Below, in pieces: positions 19,510 to 28,995 of a stretch of 64,000 nt of DNA. Position numbers and translations under genes: made by a program. Origin of the DNA: an uncultured Verrucomicrobiae bacterium (lineage in GTDB: Bacteria; Verrucomicrobiota; Verrucomicrobiia; Chthoniobacterales; JAFAMB01); NCBI GenBank assembly GCA_963837955.1, contig CAWIPH010000002.1, positions 2,336,001 to 2,400,000 of the forward strand, read 5' to 3'. Each line of letters begins with the position of its first letter. Within the stretch, counting starts at the first letter, position 1. Under the pieces are notes generated by a model, which was not told where the DNA came from, ran no database searches, and saw nothing but the letters and a program-made list of their open reading frames with translations.

Positions 19510-20622
19510 CTACAAAATTAAATTCAGATCGCCAAATTCGTGCCAGAGATAACGGCGTTGGATCGCTTCATTGTACGCCGCATAGATCGTCTGTGGCGGA
19601 ACAAAGGCTGCGAGCAAGTCAAGATGGCTCGCTTCCGGTTCGTGCAAGCCGGTGAGCAGACCGTTCACGACCTGGAGTCGGTAGCCCGCGGTGATGCGGA
19701 GTCGCGTGTATCGATGGCAAGCTCTGACGCTCCCGCCGGATTCTGCCGTGACTGACTCCAAGGCACGCACAACGGTCGTACCAACAGCCACAATTCGTCG
19801 ACCGGAGTGTCTTGCCCGCTGAATTTTCCCGGCTGCCTCTTCGCTAACCCAGTACTCTTCCTCGGAGGCGAGATGTTGACCATCCAATTCGTTGTCCAGA
19901 TACGAAGATAGACCCGTATGCAAGGTGATCGCGGCGGTCTCCACGCCGCTTCGGCGCAATTGCAGGAGAAGCCGCCAAGTGAAAGCGCGGCCTGCGCTCG
20001 GCATCTCTGAAGCGCCGGGCTGCAGCGCATAAACGTTTTGGTAATAACTTAAGCGCCAAGGCGCAGAGAGATAACGGTATCGGATCGGCTGTCCTATGCG
20101 ATAAACCAGATCAAGGAACTCAGTTCCGCTCTTGGAAAATCGCAGTCGCCAAAGGCGCGGAATCCGTTGGTCACGATCAAGCACCTCGGAGCTAAGATCT
20201 CGCCCAAAATCCAGTACCAATCCTTTAGTCAGGATTTTCTCCGCATCGTTTTGGATTGATGGAAAGACGAGGAGAGCGAGCCACGTGCCATCCGGCAACA
20301 ACTCAGCTAAACGGACCTCAATCGACAACCTCAAATGTCTAACGGTACCGGTCAAAGTGGCAGGGAGCGTTCGGCTGGAATTAAACACCAACAAATCGCC
20401 AGGATGTAAGAATTCGATGATTCGGTCGAAGCGAGTGTGCGTAAATGTGTCTGATTTGCGGTCAATCATTAATAACCGGACTCGATCACGTGCCACCCCG
20501 CGACGCTCCGGCGGTCGATCGGCATTCAGTTCCGGCGGTAAATGAAAGGAGGATGCTCGGCCGATCGGCGCCGGTTTTGATATCCTGTTTTTGATCGAAG
20601 GCAGACCAGGCGGAAGAAGCAT
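19510..20622 (-). CDS. QueA-like protein (SAM:tRNA ribosyltransferase-isomerase family paralog)
   Basis: F.LP.EL.A..P, GDLLVFN.S, YQ.VYA, AVGTTVVRALES. Has EMPSAGRAFT and YLWHEFGD in place of canonical APTAGLHFT and YRF.SYGD. Confidence 0.88.
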   Translation of the reverse strand: MLLPPGLPSIKNRISKPAPIGRASSFHLPPELNADRPPERRGVARDRVRLLMIDRKSDTFTHTRFDRIIEFLHPGDLLVFNSSRTLPATLTGTVRHLRLSIEVRLAELLPDGTWLALLVFPSIQNDAEKILTKGLVLDFGRDLSSEVLDRDQRIPRLWRLRFSKSGTEFLDLVYRIGQPIRYRYLSAPWRLSYYQNVYALQPGASEMPSAGRAFTWRLLLQLRRSGVETAAITLHTGLSSYLDNELDGQHLASEEEYWVSEEAAGKIQRARHSGRRIVAVGTTVVRALESVTAESGGSVRACHRYTRLRITAGYRLQVVNGLLTGLHEPEASHLDLLAAFVPPQTIYAAYNEAIQRRYLWHEFGDLNLIL

Positions 20623-20625
20623 GGG

Positions 20626-21378
20626 TCACCCTTTCACTACGGCTTTTCGCCAATTGGACTGCGCCTCCAGACGCTGACCCCGAACGTGCTCGCCAGCTTC
20701 CGAAGCTAGAAAAACAAAGAGGTCGGTTACTGTGGCAGGATCCGCCCAAGCGCCTGGATCTTCATTTGGCTCGGCGTCCCGATGCATGGCCGTATTCATG
20801 TTTCCTGGATCAACCCAATTCACCCGCACCGGTGTTTCTGCCAACTCGGCAGCCCAAGTCTGCGACAGTCCTTCCAAGCCGAATTTGCTGATGCCGTAGG
20901 CGCCCCAACCGGGATATCCGACTCGACCAGCGTCACTCGTGACGTTAATGATCGATCCGCCGCGTTCGATCATTGCCGCGAGCAGATTTTGAATCAACAG
21001 AAACGGTCCCATCAGGTTAACGTTCAGCACCTGCTGGAAATCGTCGGCTGGGTAGTCCAACAAATAAGGCATTGGCACTGGCCCAAGGGTGGAAGCATTA
21101 TTAACTAAGATATCCAATTGGCCGCCGGACGCCTCTACCGTCACCGCTGCGACGCGTTCGACGTCTGCGGTTGAACCCAGATCAGCCTGAATAATTACTG
21201 TATTTACGGCCGGTGCGATCCCGCTAATCTCCGATTTCAATTTTTCTAAGGCTTCGCGTCCCCGAGCCACTAAGGAAAGACCCCGGACCCCTTCACGTGC
21301 GTATGCCAGCGCCAATTCCCGACCAAGTCCCTGCGAGGCACCGGTAATAAGTGCAAACCTATGAGATAATAGTTTCAT
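20626..21378 (-). CDS. SDR family oxidoreductase
   Basis: ITGASQGLG, NNAS, TSDAG, WGAYGISK, DPGNMNTAMH. Ends 3 bp before the QueA-like gene. Confidence 0.92.
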   Translation of the reverse strand: MKLLSHRFALITGASQGLGRELALAYAREGVRGLSLVARGREALEKLKSEISGIAPAVNTVIIQADLGSTADVERVAAVTVEASGGQLDILVNNASTLGPVPMPYLLDYPADDFQQVLNVNLMGPFLLIQNLLAAMIERGGSIINVTSDAGRVGYPGWGAYGISKFGLEGLSQTWAAELAETPVRVNWVDPGNMNTAMHRDAEPNEDPGAWADPATVTDLFVFLASEAGEHVRGQRLEAQSNWRKAVVKG

Positions 21379-21470
21379 TGATAACCTCACTGGTGACCCC
21401 CGCGAAGTTGCATTTGGTGCGGGGGCGTTTATTTTAGGAAGTAAGGACTTGGTAAATCCAGCCACTCAAT

Positions 21471-22136
21471 ATGTCAAGGCGAGACTTGGAAAATAGAGAT
21501 CTCGAAAAATTGGCTCCGCCTGATCGGTTGCTTTTCTTGTTGAAAACGAAGGGACCGCAGACGGCTGCAGAACTTGGCCCAAGTCTGCAGATCACTCCCG
21601 AAGCTGTGCGGCAGCAGTTGCTTCGGTTAAGTGACGAGGGATTGGTTTTAGCGACATCGGAGGTACGTGGGGTGGGACGGCCGGCCCAGGTTTATCATCT
21701 CGCGCCGGCGGCGCAAAAGCGTTTCCCGGACGCGCATGCGGAGCTCACAGCCCAACTCATCGGCGAGATCAGAGACGTGTTGGGTGAGGGTGCTTTGGAG
21801 AAATTGATTCACGTGCGTGAAACCGGAACGCGTAAACGGTATGAAGCACTAATAGCCGACGAACCGTCTTTGGCGAAAAGAGTGGCCCGGCTGGCCGAAG
21901 TCCGAAACAAAGAAGGGTATATGGCAACTTGGGAGAAGGAGGGCGATAGTTACCTTTTGGTGGAAAACCATTGCCCAATCTGTGCGGCGGCGGCGGCGTG
22001 TACGGGCTTTTGCCGTTCAGAACAATCAATCTTCGAACATGTATTAGGTCGTAACGTTCGGGTTGAGCGGATTGAGCATCTTTTGGCTGGCGCCCGGCGT
22101 TGCGCGTATCGGATCACGAAAAAAGCCACGAAATAA
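21471..22136 (+). CDS. SufR-like HTH transcriptional regulator with Cys-rich C-terminus
   Basis: AVRQQL..L...GLV, GRP, E.HCPIC.AA..C..FC.SE, RRCAY. Confidence 0.88.
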   Translation: MSRRDLENRDLEKLAPPDRLLFLLKTKGPQTAAELGPSLQITPEAVRQQLLRLSDEGLVLATSEVRGVGRPAQVYHLAPAAQKRFPDAHAELTAQLIGEIRDVLGEGALEKLIHVRETGTRKRYEALIADEPSLAKRVARLAEVRNKEGYMATWEKEGDSYLLVENHCPICAAAAACTGFCRSEQSIFEHVLGRNVRVERIEHLLAGARRCAYRITKKATK

Positions 22137-22334
22137 GCGCGAATAGGCCCGTACAACGTTCTCCGATCATTCGTGCCCATTGGCAGCCCGACTCCGCAAA
22201 GCCTGTGTCGCGGCCGGCTCTGTCGTGCTCCTCAAAATGCATTGCTAGGGCGCGCCGGAGTCTGCGAAGGCGGCGCGTCCGCCATAGCTTTTTTCAGCAA
22301 CGATTAGTAGTTCGAAATAACCAATTTTGATTGA

Positions 22335-22889
22335 CTATTCGTGCAGACTTCCGGCTATTGGTTCGCCTATTTCGAATTCCGTAAACTCGACCTTGAATCC
22401 CTCTCGCTCAGGGGAGCAGCACATCAGGCCGACCAGAGTATCGTTGGATTCTGGCAAATAGGCGAGCCGGAGCATCGGAAAAGAAACACCGTCAACGGAA
22501 TATTGCATCCGGATCGCGTTACCCCGCCTGGTTAGCCGCAACCAAATCGGACCCCGAAAATCAATCGGTAGCAAAGACCAATCTGAAAAATCGCGGGTAA
22601 CCACCGCAGAAAAATGAGGTGATCCATCCGTATATTCGACTCCGGCTTTGATCCAGTTGGCATGATCTAAACGGACCATTATTCCCGCTTGATCATAAAG
22701 CGCATCATATTGGGCCTCTATCCTGACTTGGACCGTGAAGTCTCCGCCTCTTTTTTCATAATAAAAGTGTCCATTGTCCCGAACGAAGCCGTAGTGGGTA
22801 ATTCGCCAGAAATCCGTCTTTGCACCAGTAGCGACCTGCAGCCGCCCCTGATCAGCTTTCCAAATTGGAGGTTCATTCAACCATTGCAT
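22335..22889 (-). CDS. DUF1349 (regulation of enolase 1-like, concanavalin A fold) protein
   Basis: MQWLNEPP.W, TDFWR.THYGF.RDNGH, YDQAG, WIKAGVE, MCCSPER.GF. Confidence 0.9.
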   Translation of the reverse strand: MQWLNEPPIWKADQGRLQVATGAKTDFWRITHYGFVRDNGHFYYEKRGGDFTVQVRIEAQYDALYDQAGIMVRLDHANWIKAGVEYTDGSPHFSAVVTRDFSDWSLLPIDFRGPIWLRLTRRGNAIRMQYSVDGVSFPMLRLAYLPESNDTLVGLMCCSPEREGFKVEFTEFEIGEPIAGSLHE

Positions 22890-23027
22890 CAACCCACTCT
22901 CAGACACGAATGCATCCAAATAAAAGAGAAACTCTAATCAACCGCGAACGGATCGGCCTTCGCTGTGCTGGAGCGAATAAACGGTGCCGCGAGGCAAATC
23001 GATCGATTGCGGCTTTACCCACGACGG

Positions 23028-23160
23028 GTAGGGCGAAACAGTCCGGCAGGATGCGCGTGGCAGGGCGATATGATCAAGCGCCGGACTGTGAGCCTGGACC
23101 GCCACACGTTTGGCTCACACGCCTTATTTCGCTGTCGCTCAACGGCGTGTTTCGCCCTAC
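23028..23160. repeat. GTAG-footed REPIN-like element
   Basis: GTAGGGCGAAAC..GTGAGCC ... GGCTCAC..GTTTCGCCCTAC. Homolog at 2682-2806. Confidence 0.85.
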
Positions 23161-23182
23161 CCGTCTTGGATTGGCAGAGACC

Positions 23183-23503
23183 TTATCGCGCTTCGCCGTC
23201 CGAGCCGTACACCACGTCGTAGTGTGTCGCAAAATCATCAAACTCGGTCAATACGGCTCTCGCTTCGGGCGCCACGACCGCAGTATTCGGATCGTTTCCG
23301 GCAAATTTTTTGATCACCTCCATCGAGTCCCAAAGCGTCGCGGCAAGGAATTCGACGTGATCGTCAATCTCCCGGCGTAACAGGTATGCGCCCCGATGCC
23401 CAGGGAGATTCGTTAATTTCGGAAACACGTCGGTCGTGACGTGTCGATGGTATGCGTCAGCATCCGCACTGGTGGCTTTTCCTCTCCAAATACGAGCGAT
23501 CAT
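23183..23503 (-). CDS. Antibiotic biosynthesis monooxygenase (ABM)-like protein
   Basis: MIARIWRG, PG.RGAYLLRR, TLWDS....FAG, AVV.PEA..VL..FD....HY. Confidence 0.88.
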   Translation of the reverse strand: MIARIWRGKATSADADAYHRHVTTDVFPKLTNLPGHRGAYLLRREIDDHVEFLAATLWDSMEVIKKFAGNDPNTAVVAPEARAVLTEFDDFATHYDVVYGSDGEAR

Positions 23504-23618
23504 AGTTTGACTAGGTACATACCCAAAAATGCTTTGTTGTCCGATGGGAATCTCGACGCCCTCTGCCACCTGTTGCCGCCAAGCCGACGAATCCGTTCGG
23601 CAATTATAGAGGGTGCCA

Positions 23619-25199
23619 TTACGAATTCGAACCGAGTGCTTTCCTGACTCCCTGGTCAAGCTGCGGGAGGGTCGGCCGTCGTTCCATCCAGCCGACGTGC
23701 CCATCTGGCCGGACCAACGCCGCCATGCCCCACGAGGCATTCCAAGTTCCCCATAGCGGATCCGAAGCCGCATATGCGCCATCCGTCTTCGGTGCCTTCG
23801 GGGAAGCGATTACTATGACTTTGAGGTCGTTAATATTTTGAAAATGTTTTTTGATGCGATCCGGGTCCCAACTAGGCAGCCGTCCGTCATCAAAGAGTAA
23901 CAACACCGGTTGCGGACCGGCCAGATCGAGGAGCCGTAAGCGGCTTTCATCGGGCGCAGTCAATTCGCCATCTGGAGCGCGTCGACCGACCCAGTGACCA
24001 TGTCCGGACAGAATGGGCGATCGCGAGTAGGCGGTATCAAGCATCCCCATTTTTGGTGCGATCAAAGAAATCAGTCCAACCCGGGGAAGGAAACGTGCCA
24101 GTGTGCCAGTTATGTTGCGGACGAACTCGGAAGCACCGATTCCATAGCGCGTCAGCAGATCGGTGTAGCGATCGACGCTCTTCAGTATGGTCTCACGCCT
24201 TTCGGTTTCGTACGAGGTCAATAACGATTCAGCATCGGCGCCGGCGAGCGCTCGAGCTAGTTTCCAAGCCAGATTATGTGCGTCTTGGATGCCACTATTC
24301 ATGCCTTGACCGCCCGCCGGACTATTGATGTGGGCGGCATCGCCCGCCAGCATGACACGACCCTGGCGAAAGTGCGGACTTGTTCGGCAGTGAATTTGGA
24401 AGACGCTTGACCAAAGCTGCTCGTGAGATCCTTCTCCGAATAGTTGGACAAGCCTGGCGTCAATCGACGCCGGTTCCAAAGCTGCTTGTTCGCTCTCACC
24501 TGGATTAAGCGTGGAGATGATTCGCCAGTGTTGCGGCTGATAACGCAGACCCGCGAGAACACCGGAAACGCCGGGCGCCAGCAGCGGATAAGGAAGTTGA
24601 TCCCTCTCATCCTGAATACGGACATCAGCCAGTAGAATTCGTGTCGGGTAAGTTTTCCCTTCAAGCTCCCATCCTAGCTCTTTGCGAACGATACTGTGGG
24701 CGCCGTCGCAGCCAACTAGAAACCGTCCCCGAAAACTCTTCGCTTCTCCGTTGGCGTTTTGGACGTCGACCAAAACTCCTTCGTTGTCCTGTTGAAAGCG
24801 AGTGACCTTATGTCCGAGCAGCACCTCGGTGTGACCAGCAGATTTCACCGACTCGAGTAACAGTGCCTCGGTCCGATTCTGGGGTAGAACTAAGATACCA
24901 CTGGCGGCGCTGATCTTGTTAAGAACACTCAAATCCGCCTCGAACGCCGGGTTGGGACGACGAGCAACCCACATTCGTATTTTGCTAAGCAATTCCCCTT
25001 CAGAAACAAAGCGGTCGTAAACACCCCAATCCCGGAATATCTCCAAGGTCCGCGGCAGGATGCCCAGTGCACGGGAGTGTGGATCAATTTCTAGCTTGGT
25101 CTCAAACAAGATGGAACGAACGTTTTGTTGCGCCAAGCCTAAAGCCAGAGCTAATCCGACCGGACCTCCTCCGACGATCAGAATAGGTGTTTCGTCCAT
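23619..25199 (-). CDS. FAD-dependent monooxygenase (PheA/TfdB-like aromatic hydroxylase family)
   Basis: GGGPVGL, VGCDGAHS, LAGDAAH...P.GGQGMNSGIQDA.NL.WKL, LVRPDGHV.W. Confidence 0.93.
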   Translation of the reverse strand: MDETPILIVGGGPVGLALALGLAQQNVRSILFETKLEIDPHSRALGILPRTLEIFRDWGVYDRFVSEGELLSKIRMWVARRPNPAFEADLSVLNKISAASGILVLPQNRTEALLLESVKSAGHTEVLLGHKVTRFQQDNEGVLVDVQNANGEAKSFRGRFLVGCDGAHSIVRKELGWELEGKTYPTRILLADVRIQDERDQLPYPLLAPGVSGVLAGLRYQPQHWRIISTLNPGESEQAALEPASIDARLVQLFGEGSHEQLWSSVFQIHCRTSPHFRQGRVMLAGDAAHINSPAGGQGMNSGIQDAHNLAWKLARALAGADAESLLTSYETERRETILKSVDRYTDLLTRYGIGASEFVRNITGTLARFLPRVGLISLIAPKMGMLDTAYSRSPILSGHGHWVGRRAPDGELTAPDESRLRLLDLAGPQPVLLLFDDGRLPSWDPDRIKKHFQNINDLKVIVIASPKAPKTDGAYAASDPLWGTWNASWGMAALVRPDGHVGWMERRPTLPQLDQGVRKALGSNS

Positions 25200-25292
25200 G
25201 GTTTAAGTAACGTCGAACCAACCGGGGTAACCTTCAACTCTGTCGCTAGTTCAACTTTACCCAGGGTTTCGTCCCTGATACAGATTGCTGCT

Positions 25293-25628
25293 ATGAGCCG
25301 CGTTGATCTTCGGCTTCGTGATTTGCGGAATGTTGGCAAGGCAACCCTGGCGGATCTGCACCTGCTGGGAATCCAAACCGTCGCAGAGCTGGCCCGCCAG
25401 CAACCGACCAAATTGTTGCATCGCCTGGAAGAGATGACTGGGACACGTCAGGACCCGTGTGTTTGGGATGTCTTCTCCGCAATTATTCACCAAGCGAAAA
25501 GTGGCGAAAGTTCGGATTGGTGGAGCTGGACACCGAAACGCAAACACTTGCAAGAGCGTGGGCAATTCAAGCATGCGACTGTGGGCCGCGGCGCGAGAAG
25601 CGAAGCGGCGTCGCGCAGACGCAACTAA
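25293..25628 (+). CDS. Helix-hairpin-helix protein (Cdd1/pathogenicity locus family)
   Basis: L.NVG.A...DL..LGI, G...DPCV.DVF, WW.WT..RK. Confidence 0.85.
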   Translation: MSRVDLRLRDLRNVGKATLADLHLLGIQTVAELARQQPTKLLHRLEEMTGTRQDPCVWDVFSAIIHQAKSGESSDWWSWTPKRKHLQERGQFKHATVGRGARSEAASRRRN

Positions 25629-25835
25629 AACGGGCTGAGCGTTTCGGTCGCGGCTACTATCCCGTTTCGCTCGAACTAAAAGCTAGCGCAGGCTGCCGAA
25701 TAGCATCACCGCGAAACGCAGTCGCCGCCGCTCGGAAGCACCCATGCCCTATCTCCATCGAGTTCGCCGCCCGGCAGCGAGAACGACGAAGACTTGTGGT
25801 AGCGGCTTCCCGGCGCTGCTACTTTCTGTGCGCCT

Positions 25836-26981
25836 ATGAATTATTCCAAGGTGCTAACCGATGCAGAAAATGGCGTTTCGCTCAAGGAGTGGAGTCTGGA
25901 CCCACGGGAGACCGGGGACGCATCCGGAAGGTGGAGTGTCAGCAAGAAGACATTGAGCGGAGGGCGACAAGAGGGGGTTGAAGTTATTCAGGTCGATAAC
26001 GGTCTTTTCCGGTTCACCGTTGTCCCAAGTCGTGGGTTCAACATCTGGGAAGCACACGCAGGAAACACTCGTCTTGGCTGGGACTCGCCGGTTCGGGAGA
26101 TTGTGCATCCGCAATTCGTTAACTTAGCGGATAGGGGTGGACTCGGTTGGCTCGCTGGCTTTGGCGAGTTTGTTTCGCGCTGCGGTCTGGAGTCAATGGG
26201 GGCGCCTTGTATCGATGGCAATACGCCACTCGGCCTCCATGGGCGAATCAACTACTTACCGGCTAGTCGTGTCGAAGTACGATTCGAAGACGAGCCGACG
26301 CCACAACTCGTTCTCCGCGCGGTGGTCGATGAAACTATGATGTTCGGCCCGCAATTGCGGCTTTCGGCCGAGATTTCTACCGAAATAGGAAAACCGGAAA
26401 TTAGGTTGAATGACGGTGTCACTAATTTGGGCGATTCGCCTCAGGAATTTGAAACGCTTTATCATATCAATTTTGGTCCACCTTTGCTTGGCGCCGGCTC
26501 ACGGTTTATTGCGCCGGTCAAGACCGTGGCTCCGCGTGACAAGCGAGCAGCCGAAGGTATCGATGGGTGGAATCAGTATACCGGCCCTCATGCACTAGGA
26601 TACACGGAGGAGGTTTATCTGATGGAGCTTTGGGGTGATGAACAAGGCCAAACCGAAGCACTCCTCAAATCCCCGGATGGACGGCTCGGGGCGGCGGTTT
26701 CCTTTAGCGTGAAAGAATTACCGTATTTTACTCTTTGGAAAAATGAGGCGCCGCTCCGGAATGGTTATGTAACCGGGCTTGAACCGGCAACCAGCTATCC
26801 CTGTCCGCGACCGTTCGAACGTTCCGCCGGACGGCTGCCTATCTTGGAGGGAGGAGAATCGTATCGAAGCCGAGTTGCGATTCGATTTTTACAGAATGCA
26901 GCCGAAGTAGATCAGGTCGAGACGCGAATAAAGAGTCTCCAACGAGAAGGGGCAGCGATTCAGCGGGCAACGATTTTATAG
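25836..26981 (+). CDS. Aldose 1-epimerase family (DUF4432) protein
   Basis: L.GG.Q.GV, LGW.SPV, GLGWL.GF, LHGRI, LYH.NFG.P, GYVTGLEP. Confidence 0.88.
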   Translation: MNYSKVLTDAENGVSLKEWSLDPRETGDASGRWSVSKKTLSGGRQEGVEVIQVDNGLFRFTVVPSRGFNIWEAHAGNTRLGWDSPVREIVHPQFVNLADRGGLGWLAGFGEFVSRCGLESMGAPCIDGNTPLGLHGRINYLPASRVEVRFEDEPTPQLVLRAVVDETMMFGPQLRLSAEISTEIGKPEIRLNDGVTNLGDSPQEFETLYHINFGPPLLGAGSRFIAPVKTVAPRDKRAAEGIDGWNQYTGPHALGYTEEVYLMELWGDEQGQTEALLKSPDGRLGAAVSFSVKELPYFTLWKNEAPLRNGYVTGLEPATSYPCPRPFERSAGRLPILEGGESYRSRVAIRFLQNAAEVDQVETRIKSLQREGAAIQRATIL

Positions 26982-27070
26982 AACTCCGGTCGGGTTCATC
27001 CAACCAGTTGCTCGCGGGGCTCGAGTCTGGATCGGCTTTCTGGCGGAAATTCGATCCAATTAATTACGCC

Positions 27071-27100
27071 TTGACGGATTTGCGGCTTACGAACTACTGT
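27071..27100 (+). promoter_or_regulatory. Candidate sigma70 promoter for the aceA leader
   Basis: TTGACG (27071-27076), 18-bp spacer, TACTGT (27095-27100). The leader ATG follows at 27110. Confidence 0.45.
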
Positions 27101-27109
27101 CCGCCATTC

Positions 27110-27184
27110 ATGTCAGTTATCCGGTTTAGTCAACAAATCGGTGTAGTGGTAGCAGTAGGTTACTCGAAGGTACGAGTAGCCTAA
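27110..27184 (+). CDS. Putative Val-rich attenuator leader peptide (24 aa) MSVIRFSQQIGVVVAVGYSKVRVA
   Basis: ATG..TAA ORF with 7 Val codons (5 GTA), clustered as GTA GTG GTA GCA GTA, plus 2 Ile. Embedded in a multi-stem hairpin. Confidence 0.6.
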   Translation: MSVIRFSQQIGVVVAVGYSKVRVA

Positions 27185-27242
27185 CGCAACTACTGCGCGT
27201 TGACTATTCTGTACCGGATCAGCTCTCTCGTTCGGGAGAGTT
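27115..27242 (+). promoter_or_regulatory. Structured 5' leader RNA upstream of aceA
   Basis: Nested pairings ATCCGGT/ACCGGAT, TAGTCAAC/GTTGACTA, GCAGTAG/CTACTGC, TAGGTTACTCG/CGAGTAGCCTA, then hairpin CTCTCTC-GTTC-GGGAGAG. Confidence 0.65.
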
Positions 27243-27289
27243 AACGCCAATCGGCTCACACAACCAATCCAAACCTGTACTCATGATCC

Positions 27290-27514
27290 ATGAACCCTAA
27301 ACTGTCTCTTAACAACTTTACCATGGCGACCTTGGGCGTTGCCCGCGCTGCCTACCAATCATCCGCGGGCTCTTTGGCGCGACCGTCCCGCACCCGGAAA
27401 GACAACCCGGAAGAACAGAGCGGCCCATACCCCGGCATCTGCATTTGTTCGGCTAGCGAATTGCTAGATTTCGGCTTTGAAAATACGGAATTTCTGCAAG
27501 GGAAGGAGGACTGA
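27290..27514 (+). CDS. Hypothetical 74-aa protein immediately upstream of aceA
   Basis: ATG ORF ending 2 bp before aceA and containing its SD (AAGGAGG). No family recognised. Confidence 0.35.
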   Translation: MNPKLSLNNFTMATLGVARAAYQSSAGSLARPSRTRKDNPEEQSGPYPGICICSASELLDFGFENTEFLQGKED

Positions 27515-27516
27515 AA

Positions 27517-28830
27517 ATGTCTTCTACCAAGCCAGACGAGCCGGCCCAAACGGCGATTCCGGACGGTAGTACGGAGGCGAGACTGCCGTTATCGAGTGAT
27601 CCTACGCGTTGGAATCATATTGCCAGACCCTATTCCCGGGAGGATGTGGAAAGACTGCGCGGCTCGATCAGAATCGAATATACGTTAGCTAAGCATGGGG
27701 CAGAACGGCTTTGGTTTTTGCTAAATTCGGAGCCATACGTGGCGGCTCTCGGGGCACTGACTGGGAATCAAGCAGTGCAACAAGTCCGAGCAGGGCTTCA
27801 GGCCATCTATCTCAGCGGCTGGCAGGTTGCCGCGGATGCGAATCTCTCCGAGCAGATGTATCCGGATCAGAGTCTATACCCGGCGAATAGTGTGCCCGCG
27901 ATCGTCAGGCGCATCAATAACGCGTTGCTGCGGGCAGATCAGGTTGACCATCACGAGGGCAGAAACGGTACTCATTGGATGGCGCCGATCGTTGCAGATG
28001 CGGAGGCGGGATTCGGCGGGAACCTAAACGTCTTCGAGTTAGTGAAAGCGATGATTGAAGCCGGCGCAGCTGGCGTGCATTTGGAGGATCAGCTTGCGGC
28101 GGAAAAGAAGTGCGGACATCTCGGTGGAAAGGTTCTTATTCCTACCCGTCAGGCGATTAGCAATCTGGTCGCGGCGCGGTTAGCGGCCGACATTTGCGAT
28201 GTTCCTACGGTGTTAGTGGCAAGGACCGATGCGAACGGAGCGGCTCTGCTAACAAATGATATCGATCCGCGCGACAGACAGTTCCTTACCGCAGAACGGA
28301 CGAACGAAGGCTTCTTTCGCGTGCGTCCAGGAATCGAACAAGCGATCGCCCGAGCGATCTCATACGCGCCTTTTGCCGACGTACTCTGGTGTGAAACGAG
28401 CGAGCCAAATCTTACCGAAGCCAAGCAATTCGCTGCAGCGGTACACGAGAAATACCCGGGCAAGCTGCTCGCCTACAATTGCTCACCTTCCTTTAACTGG
28501 CGGAAAAAACTCGATGACGCAGCTATTGCATCATTCAATCGAGAACTCGGTGCGATGGGTTATAAGTTTCAATTTATCACCTTGGCCGGGTTTCACGCGC
28601 TGAACTTCAGCATGTTTCAACTTGCGCACGATTACCGAGAACGAGGAATGCCAGCCTATGCCGATTGGCAAACCGCGGAGTTTGGCGCTGAAAAACATGG
28701 TTATACTGCAACCAAACATCAGCGAGAGGTCGGTGCGGGCTATTTTGACGACGTTGCCCAGGTCATTTCCCAGGGAAATTCCTCGACCACCGCTTTGACC
28801 GGGTCAACCGAGCGAGAGCAATTTCATTAA
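27517..28830 (+). CDS. aceA: Isocitrate lyase
   Basis: [28 protein letters not shown], catalytic [26 protein letters not shown]. Confidence 0.98.
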   Translation: MSSTKPDEPAQTAIPDGSTEARLPLSSDPTRWNHIARPYSREDVERLRGSIRIEYTLAKHGAERLWFLLNSEPYVAALGALTGNQAVQQVRAGLQAIYLSGWQVAADANLSEQMYPDQSLYPANSVPAIVRRINNALLRADQVDHHEGRNGTHWMAPIVADAEAGFGGNLNVFELVKAMIEAGAAGVHLEDQLAAEKKCGHLGGKVLIPTRQAISNLVAARLAADICDVPTVLVARTDANGAALLTNDIDPRDRQFLTAERTNEGFFRVRPGIEQAIARAISYAPFADVLWCETSEPNLTEAKQFAAAVHEKYPGKLLAYNCSPSFNWRKKLDDAAIASFNRELGAMGYKFQFITLAGFHALNFSMFQLAHDYRERGMPAYADWQTAEFGAEKHGYTATKHQREVGAGYFDDVAQVISQGNSSTTALTGSTEREQFH

Positions 28831-28995
28831 GACAACAGTGAAACCTTTGCTGCAGCCGCTCAGCCGAGGCGAGCAATCAGGAGCAATGACATTGGAAGCC
28901 TGAGTTCGACCCGGTTATGTGCTGAGATAGCTGATATTTGTCCTATGGGGTGATTGGGATGATAAGTTGTGTTTGCAGCCACTGTGAACTGAATT

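Noticed and set aside
19510..20622. Canonical queA
   Set aside because: Signature motifs are substituted and the context is an SDR rather than tgt, so no symbol was assigned.
27221..27245. Intrinsic terminator
   Set aside because: A hairpin is present but is followed by TTAACG rather than a U-tract. Kept only as part of the leader structure.
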